Shown piece after piece: positions 58,150 through 64,000 of a DNA stretch of 64,000 bases. Each line of letters begins with the position of its first letter. Within the stretch, counting starts at the first letter, position 1. The notes under the pieces are model-generated. The model did no database searches and was not told the origin of the DNA. It saw only the letters and a list, made by a program, of their open reading frames with translations. Where the stretch lies: IMG/VR virus record IMGVR_UViG_3300049215_000529, positions 1 to 64,000 of that record; one strand, written 5' to 3'. The position numbers were made by a program, and so were the translations under genes.

Positions 58150-60372
58150 TCACCAAGAGGAGACTACTCTCGCCTTGGATACCATGTTAGTGTCTTGCTC
58201 AACCAATATAGCGTGCGAGAATTTATCTTTTAAACGATCATTGTGGGTGATGACTAGAATGTTGTAATCTTTTTGGAAAAACTTAATGATATCAGCAAAA
58301 GCATCTATGCTAGCTTTATCTAAAGATTGATCTATTTCATCCAATAAAAGCAATTGAACATTTACATCTAGCATTTTCTGTAGCAAGAAAGATAGTCCAA
58401 GCTTGAGAGCGAAAGAAACGGCAAGTTTCATAGCTCCTGACAATTGCTCATAGTACCTCTCTCTACCATTGACGGTATAATTAATGTCTAGAGTATCTGC
58501 TTGGTCGCCAGTTTTTTCTACGGTCTTTTCCACCGAGAAAGATAATTGAAGCCCTGGCTTTAACTGAGATAATAGGTTATTAGCTTCTACCTGCAAGTCA
58601 TCCAGAACATTTTGGATGATGAGATTAGGGATACCAGTTGTAGAGAAGGCTTGTACAACTGACGGGTACACTACGAACTTTTCTTCCAAATCTACCAAAG
58701 ATTTAGTTAACTCATTCTTCTTTGCCTTGTTCTTAGTTTTCTGATCGATATTATTTTGAATAACCGCTTTGTTATTATTAAAGTGGTTGATTTCCTTATT
58801 AAGAGTAGTGACAGTTGTCATTACGGCAGCAATTTTTTGCTTTTCAACCTGAATCTGTTCCTTGAGCAACTTTGCCTCATCTAAAGAAGAGTCCTTCAAT
58901 AAATTAGAAACCTCTTCCAGTTCCTTAATCTTATCTGTTAATTCAGCAGTGAATTTAGCATGCAACTCTTTGTACTCGTCATGAAGCGCGCCCTTGTCTT
59001 GCAACTCTTTGGTCTTAGCAGTAATTTGCGTGTTAACATCTTCCAATTGCTTTTTGGATAGCTTGAGACTGTTAATGGTTTGTAAATGAGTAGTAATTTC
59101 TGCATTGAGGGCTGCAATATTTTTCTTGGCTTCTTGAATATTTGCTTGACAAACTTTCATCTCATTAGCAATGCGCGTTTTCTCTTCTTTGCGATGTTTA
59201 TCTGTCATTGGTTGACGACAACGATCACAATAACTCTCATCGGGGAAAGGTACCTTGAGCTTTTCAGTGTCTGCCAAATTAGTCCTAATATTGACATTGT
59301 GCTGGGTGACAATCTCTTTTTTCTTTTCAACTTCTTCGTTCAAAATATCGATTTGAGAATAGTCTATCGTAGCCAGTTTAACTTGATTGTCTTTGAGAGA
59401 CTTGATTTCTCCAACTAACTCATTAGCCGACTTGATAACGTTGGACTTTTTTGACTGATACTCTTTGACGGATGTTTCTAGTTTGGAGCGGTCAGCAGTC
59501 AACTGGCGCTCGTTTGCCAATAAAGAAGCAAATTTACTCTCTATATTTGCATGGGCGGTTGTTAGTTCATTCACCTTCTGGGTGTAGCCTTCTATTTCAG
59601 ATTGACAGTCTGCAAGGACTGCACCCTTTTCATTCAAGCTCTGCTCTACTGATACCAGCTGCTTTGCCAGTTCGAGCAACTCTTTGTCTGGATCTCCCAA
59701 AGTTTCAAGCAGAGTTTTATGTCTTTCGATTTCTTTAGAAATGACATTAGCCTTATCTTTAGCCATTTGACATAGCTTAGTGTAAATGATAAGGTTGAGG
59801 GGTTCTTTTAAAATGCCCTTTCGCTTCTCAGCAGTAACTGTGGATAGACCAGACAGATCATTTTGTACGAAATGATATGTGCTACGAAATGACTTATAAT
59901 TAATCTTGACTAACTTAGCCAAATCTTTTTCGGTATCACCTGAGCGACTGCCAGATAGGTTCTTCCAGAATTTTTCTGTTACCTTCTTGTCAATCCAAGG
60001 TTCCTCGGTTGCAGAGTAATATACTTCTTCCTCTGTGCCTGGCGTACCATTTCTCTCCAATAATACTAAATTGGTACTGCCCTTCTTGGTTCTGGTTCGC
60101 GCGATACGATACTCTTGATCTCCAATCAGGAAGTCAAACACAATTTTACAAGAGGCAGAATCGTCTCTAATAATTTTTTCTAAGTTGATGTCTGCATGAT
60201 TGAATAGTACATATTCAATAGCTTTAAAGATTGTAGTCTTACCTACACCGTTTGCGATTAGTTCATTGTTCTCAGCTTTGCCCACAAGAAGGGCGGCGCT
60301 AAATTGTGTAAAATCGATAAACGCCTTATCATAGCACATGAAGTTGTCAATGTACAGTCTAACTGGCTTCAT
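58150..60372 (-). CDS. sbcC: SbcC/Rad50-like ATPase
   Basis: NGVGKTT, coiled coil with CDRC hook, LSGA signature, LLLDE, ITH. Confidence 0.88.
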   Translation of the reverse strand: MKPVRLYIDNFMCYDKAFIDFTQFSAALLVGKAENNELIANGVGKTTIFKAIEYVLFNHADINLEKIIRDDSASCKIVFDFLIGDQEYRIARTRTKKGSTNLVLLERNGTPGTEEEVYYSATEEPWIDKKVTEKFWKNLSGSRSGDTEKDLAKLVKINYKSFRSTYHFVQNDLSGLSTVTAEKRKGILKEPLNLIIYTKLCQMAKDKANVISKEIERHKTLLETLGDPDKELLELAKQLVSVEQSLNEKGAVLADCQSEIEGYTQKVNELTTAHANIESKFASLLANERQLTADRSKLETSVKEYQSKKSNVIKSANELVGEIKSLKDNQVKLATIDYSQIDILNEEVEKKKEIVTQHNVNIRTNLADTEKLKVPFPDESYCDRCRQPMTDKHRKEEKTRIANEMKVCQANIQEAKKNIAALNAEITTHLQTINSLKLSKKQLEDVNTQITAKTKELQDKGALHDEYKELHAKFTAELTDKIKELEEVSNLLKDSSLDEAKLLKEQIQVEKQKIAAVMTTVTTLNKEINHFNNNKAVIQNNIDQKTKNKAKKNELTKSLVDLEEKFVVYPSVVQAFSTTGIPNLIIQNVLDDLQVEANNLLSQLKPGLQLSFSVEKTVEKTGDQADTLDINYTVNGRERYYEQLSGAMKLAVSFALKLGLSFLLQKMLDVNVQLLLLDEIDQSLDKASIDAFADIIKFFQKDYNILVITHNDRLKDKFSHAILVEQDTNMVSKARVVSSW

Positions 60373-61562
60373 TCTTTAGCCTCCGCCTTATAAGTCGCGT
60401 AGATATCCATGGCTACCTCAATAAAAGACGAGCGCAAATTCACATCCACATACGTGTCTGAGTATGTTTTAATAGCGGAAGTTACATCCATTTTTGTATC
60501 AATTGTATTGTTGGCATCCTTCTTAACCAATCCAACTTTTTTAGATTCTGTTATGCTAGTAACATTGTAGGCGCCTTGAGAAGATAAAAACTTCTCCAAC
60601 GACGATTTGCTAACTGATTTTAGTTCAGGGGCAGCGAGCGATACCTCAACTTTGACAATGGACTTGTCCCAAGAATCAACCTTCTTTAGTTCTTCTAGAA
60701 CATATTCAGTAGGATCTTCGGTATCCTTTGGAACGGTGATGCTAACTTTTTTGAGAGGTCTAGTTGGTAGTTCACTAGTAACCCACTCTCCAGTTACACA
60801 ATTCATTATCACAATGAACTTTTTGTGATCTGTTTCAGAAAAATTGGAAATATCCATACTGCCAATATGGGCAATGTATGGATTCTTTTTCTTCATTATC
60901 TGCGGCTTATGAACGTGCCCCATCCAAACATAATCGTATCCTTGGAACATATCCAACGGACAAAACAACTCGTTTGCTAAGTCATCGATTTCATCGCCTA
61001 CCGGGATTGATCCTTCGATGGCAAGGTGTCCGATTAACACCTTCTTATACGTCACTGGTAATCCAGCCAATTCATACACCAAGCTGTCACGGATAAGTGA
61101 AATGGCTTCAGCAGCAGAGCTGGTTCCAAACGATTTTCTATCACGGAATGGAACCAAAGTAAAAGCGACAGAATCTATCAAGATACTGTCGATGTCTTTG
61201 TAAACACTTACGTTGCTCAACTCTACTTCACTGATGATATCAAGCGGAGAGGTCATTACATTTCCGGCACGAACCACATCGTGGTTTCCCATAATCACAA
61301 CCACATTGACACCATACGCCTCGCACTTTTTCAGCCAGGAAATGAACAGTGTAATAAGTGCGGGATGAGGCTTTGGATCTTCAAAAACATCACCGGTAAT
61401 AATAATGTAATCGGCATGACATTCTATCGCCTGATCAAGCGTCCAGTCCAATAAATTAAGTTGGTCTACGATGCGACTATTTAGATTGGAACCAATACCA
61501 GCTTTACCGATATTTAGTCCTTTACCTAAATGTACATCACCCAGAATTATAGTGTGCGACAT
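60369..61562 (-). CDS. sbcD: SbcD/Mre11-like nuclease
   Basis: GDVHLG, TGDVFE, GNHD, GHVH. Confidence 0.88.
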   Translation of the reverse strand: MSHTIILGDVHLGKGLNIGKAGIGSNLNSRIVDQLNLLDWTLDQAIECHADYIIITGDVFEDPKPHPALITLFISWLKKCEAYGVNVVVIMGNHDVVRAGNVMTSPLDIISEVELSNVSVYKDIDSILIDSVAFTLVPFRDRKSFGTSSAAEAISLIRDSLVYELAGLPVTYKKVLIGHLAIEGSIPVGDEIDDLANELFCPLDMFQGYDYVWMGHVHKPQIMKKKNPYIAHIGSMDISNFSETDHKKFIVIMNCVTGEWVTSELPTRPLKKVSITVPKDTEDPTEYVLEELKKVDSWDKSIVKVEVSLAAPELKSVSKSSLEKFLSSQGAYNVTSITESKKVGLVKKDANNTIDTKMDVTSAIKTYSDTYVDVNLRSSFIEVAMDIYATYKAEAKE

Positions 61563-62179
61563 GGTTTGTAAGAATTAATCTCTTCTTTCAGTTCTTCAAC
61601 GATGCGACGGAGCGCCTCGTTATTTAGAGTCTTGTGTTTGAGATTCAAGTCATCATATACCGAGCAGATATGATCAATAAATGACTGCGATTCTTCATCA
61701 ATATGATCGAGTCGAAATTCTCTGACACAGGCAGAAAAATCCAACATAACTTCCAATTTTTCAGAGAAATCCTCTCTGCTAATGAATCCTTCATCACTGA
61801 CATCTCCATTAAACAGATCTATTATTTTGAAGGCAGCTTTTGCTTTAGAAATACCTTCCATGGCAGCTACTAGCTCGCAACAGCCTACACCTGTCTTGCA
61901 ACCAAAACACCAGAAGGTATTGGTTTGAGGATAGTAATGGAAAGAGGCAGAATTTTCACGTCCTCCTGAATGAGATGGAATGGGACAAATAATTTTGCGA
62001 TTGATTTCGTCTACACGCAATCTATAATACTTAAATAAACGGGTAATAGGAACCGAGTTAGCGCGACGGATTAAATCTTGGTAGAAGGCTTTTCCTGAAG
62101 AAGGCATTGCAAAATCTCCAGCTTCCCCTGGTGTCTCGCCCGAGCTAAAGGATCCGGTTGTATTTGGTAATGGGCACAT
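61547..62179 (-). CDS. Stand-alone CHC2 zinc-finger protein (primase Zn-binding domain)
   Basis: CPIPSH...ENSASF...FWCFGC. Confidence 0.8.
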   Translation of the reverse strand: MCPLPNTTGSFSSGETPGEAGDFAMPSSGKAFYQDLIRRANSVPITRLFKYYRLRVDEINRKIICPIPSHSGGRENSASFHYYPQTNTFWCFGCKTGVGCCELVAAMEGISKAKAAFKIIDLFNGDVSDEGFISREDFSEKLEVMLDFSACVREFRLDHIDEESQSFIDHICSVYDDLNLKHKTLNNEALRRIVEELKEEINSYKPCRTL

Positions 62180-62257
62180 AATTGTGAATATTTACTAAAA
62201 TTATCTTTCTCTTCGGAAATTAATGACAATAGTAGTTCTTTGGTTATCATAGCCAAG

Positions 62258-62770
62258 TTATTCACTCTTTTTATTGGCGTCAAGTGCCTTAGAAATTTCT
62301 TTTGAAATCGTTTCGGATAATGTGGCTGGATTTGTTCTTTTTTCCAATTGCAATACTGCATATTCTAACTTATTAATTTTGTCTCGCTGTTTAAAAACAG
62401 TTCTCATCAATAAAGTAATCCAGCCCAATGATCCCATGCCTTCCTGCTCTGCTGGATCATTATTGATATCAATTGCAAGCTGGACCATCTTGGTCATGAT
62501 TTCTTTTTCCATTTCATTTTGGAAAATATTCTTATTTTCTGGCAGAGTTTTATCTGCTAAGCATTTGTTAAACTGTGTTGCCAAGTCTGCGGCGCGGACT
62601 CTGTATCCAGATTTACGCTCTTCACTGTTTTTAACTTTACGATCCAAATCCTCTTGAGTAGGCTTCTTTGGCATAGAATCGAAGATAGACTTCTGGCTGC
62701 TAACATTTTTTAGACCAAGCTTCTGCGATTGTACAGAAGGCTGCTCAGTATCTTCTTCGTCAAATGGCAT
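62258..62770 (-). CDS. Hypothetical protein
   Basis: 170 aa, GAGG SD. Confidence 0.55.
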   Translation of the reverse strand: MPFDEEDTEQPSVQSQKLGLKNVSSQKSIFDSMPKKPTQEDLDRKVKNSEERKSGYRVRAADLATQFNKCLADKTLPENKNIFQNEMEKEIMTKMVQLAIDINNDPAEQEGMGSLGWITLLMRTVFKQRDKINKLEYAVLQLEKRTNPATLSETISKEISKALDANKKSE

Positions 62771-62780
62771 GTGACCTCAA

Positions 62781-63125
62781 TTATTTCTTAGTGAGCGGAG
62801 TAACAGCGCGCGAGACAATTAGAAATCTATCTGCTAGCTCCACCACATAAGCTTTACCAACAGCAACTTCCAATGAGGGAAGAACTGCAGTAGAAGTAGC
62901 AGTTAAATACAACTTGCTAGGCTCAATGTTTACTGGAGTAGCATGCATATGGACTTTCTGATCTGGAAGGGCAAACATTTCGATGCTCTTATCCTTAATC
63001 TCATTCCAAATAGTACCTGCTTCAGTTCCAGCTAAAGATGTTGCAACTTGCTCCGCTTTAGTTTGATGTGCGGCTTGTGCTTGTTGCGCTAAGGTTGGTT
63101 CTTTTCCAGTCTTCTTCTTACTCAT
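62781..63125 (-). CDS. Hypothetical protein
   Basis: GGAG SD before ATG 63125 (track 63149). Confidence 0.55.
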   Translation of the reverse strand: MSKKKTGKEPTLAQQAQAAHQTKAEQVATSLAGTEAGTIWNEIKDKSIEMFALPDQKVHMHATPVNIEPSKLYLTATSTAVLPSLEVAVGKAYVVELADRFLIVSRAVTPLTKK

Positions 63126-63156
63126 GATATTCTCCAAATTTATGGGCATTCAGTTA

Positions 63157-63456
63157 TTATATATCAGCAAATGCGCTCCTCAATGCGCTCGTCATAACCA
63201 AACCATTAATCCTTTTAACTTCTGCTCCATCTACTAAAATCAAAACACTAGGAATTGATTCTATATTGAAGCGACGACATAATCCTTTAAAATGGTCTAC
63301 ATCTATGGCAAAGAATCCAATGTCTTTATGTTTTTCTTCTATCTTTTCAATTATATTAAGCATTTTCTTATGAAAAGGCATCCAGGATGCATAAAAATAG
63401 ATGGATTGCACTTTTTTATTAAAAGTTAAATCGACTTCTTGAGTTAAAAACAACAT
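63157..63456 (-). CDS. Thioredoxin-fold protein lacking the CxxC motif
   Basis: YFYASWMPFHK in place of FxAxWCxPCK; IDVD, FNIESIPSV, EVKRING. Confidence 0.75.
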   Translation of the reverse strand: MLFLTQEVDLTFNKKVQSIYFYASWMPFHKKMLNIIEKIEEKHKDIGFFAIDVDHFKGLCRRFNIESIPSVLILVDGAEVKRINGLVMTSALRSAFADI

Positions 63457-63689
63457 CAGTTATCGGTGCTTTTCTTGTTAAGATTTTTGATAATTTCATC
63501 AATATTACCGGAAACTTGTGCCTTTTCTAAAATAACTCTAGAAAGCTGATCATTCAATTTCTTTATTTCTTGATTAAGGGCGTCTTGTGTAACTACACCG
63601 GCAGCAATTAATACATTTTCAAGCGCTTTAAGTCTAATCAAAGCCTCAGCAACCAACATTTCACTTGGTAATTCTTTTTCTTTTTCCAT
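63456..63689 (-). CDS. Hypothetical protein
   Basis: Likely start 63689 (TAATG coupling; track 63710). Confidence 0.5.
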   Translation of the reverse strand: MEKEKELPSEMLVAEALIRLKALENVLIAAGVVTQDALNQEIKKLNDQLSRVILEKAQVSGNIDEIIKNLNKKSTDN

Positions 63690-64000
63690 TATAATACCTT
63701 CCCGCAACACTTTTTATATTTCTTCCCAGAGCCACAAATGCATGGCTGATTAGGTCCCACCTTGGTTTTATTGATAACGGGCGCGATTTTAGGAATGGCA
63801 CGATCCATAAACAAAGTGGAACTAAGATGATCAATTTCGTGCTGGCATACCACTGCCAATAAGCCAGTTGCTACGAAACTGTACGGCTCTACTAAATTGT
63901 TAGTAACATGTACTTCTTGAAAACGGGTGGTGTCTTCTGTGCGACCAGGAAAAGATAAACATCCCTCCTGTCTAAACATCAGGGGATCATATCCATTTTG
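63689..64000 (-). CDS. def: Peptide deformylase with C-terminal SEC-C motif (5' end outside window)
   Basis: EGCLS and QHEIDHL motifs; [20 protein letters not shown]; frame open to the window edge. Confidence 0.85.
   Translation of the reverse strand, partial: QNGYDPLMFRQEGCLSFPGRTEDTTRFQEVHVTNNLVEPYSFVATGLLAVVCQHEIDHLSSTLFMDRAIPKIAPVINKTKVGPNQPCICGSGKKYKKCCGKVL

Noticed and set aside
1-64000. Active stop-codon reassignment; cellular (bacterial chromosome) origin; tRNA genes
   Set aside because: Long conserved genes are intact in code 11; host-like genes are divergent and sit beside terminase, portal and capsid genes; no cloverleaf seen in the short intergenic gaps.

Overview
This AT-rich window reads as part of a large (jumbo-type) tailed dsDNA phage genome in genetic code 11, with nearly all genes on the minus strand. 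In transcription order (right to left) there are two modules. The first (~64000-38897) covers replication, recombination and host takeover: peptide deformylase-SEC-C, Cys-less thioredoxin, split primase, SbcD/SbcC, dNMP kinase, PD-(D/E)XK nuclease, trigger factor, DnaE, RecA, SSB, RuvC, DnaJ and a sigma region-4 protein. A UUCG terminator closes it. The second (~38775-4146) is an unusually long head module: terminase, portal, a 1192-aa prohead protease/scaffold, two decoration-like paralogs and an HK97-type major capsid protein, plus ~20 orphan proteins and several enzymes. Four free-standing endonucleases (LAGLIDADG, GIY-YIG, 2 HNH) flank core genes. I saw no tRNA, rRNA or CRISPR array. Strongest signals: (1) head-module proteins share a K-x-A motif, an A-x-x-L-D-x-x-G helical module and a YFQG..EPTPG module, suggesting a capsid cargo loading and proteolytic release system; (2) a canonical CCA-adding enzyme, a second class II nucleotidyltransferase with its templating motif changed (EDxxR to SNRNR), and a degenerate RelA/SpoT-like protein overlapping the CCA gene; (3) a perfect palindrome joining the terminase and HNH start codons; (4) a recoded duplicate of a gene 3' end beside the GIY-YIG gene; (5) two recurring promoter-like motifs; (6) near-total absence of TAG stops. 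All function calls come from motif recognition by eye; no searches were run.
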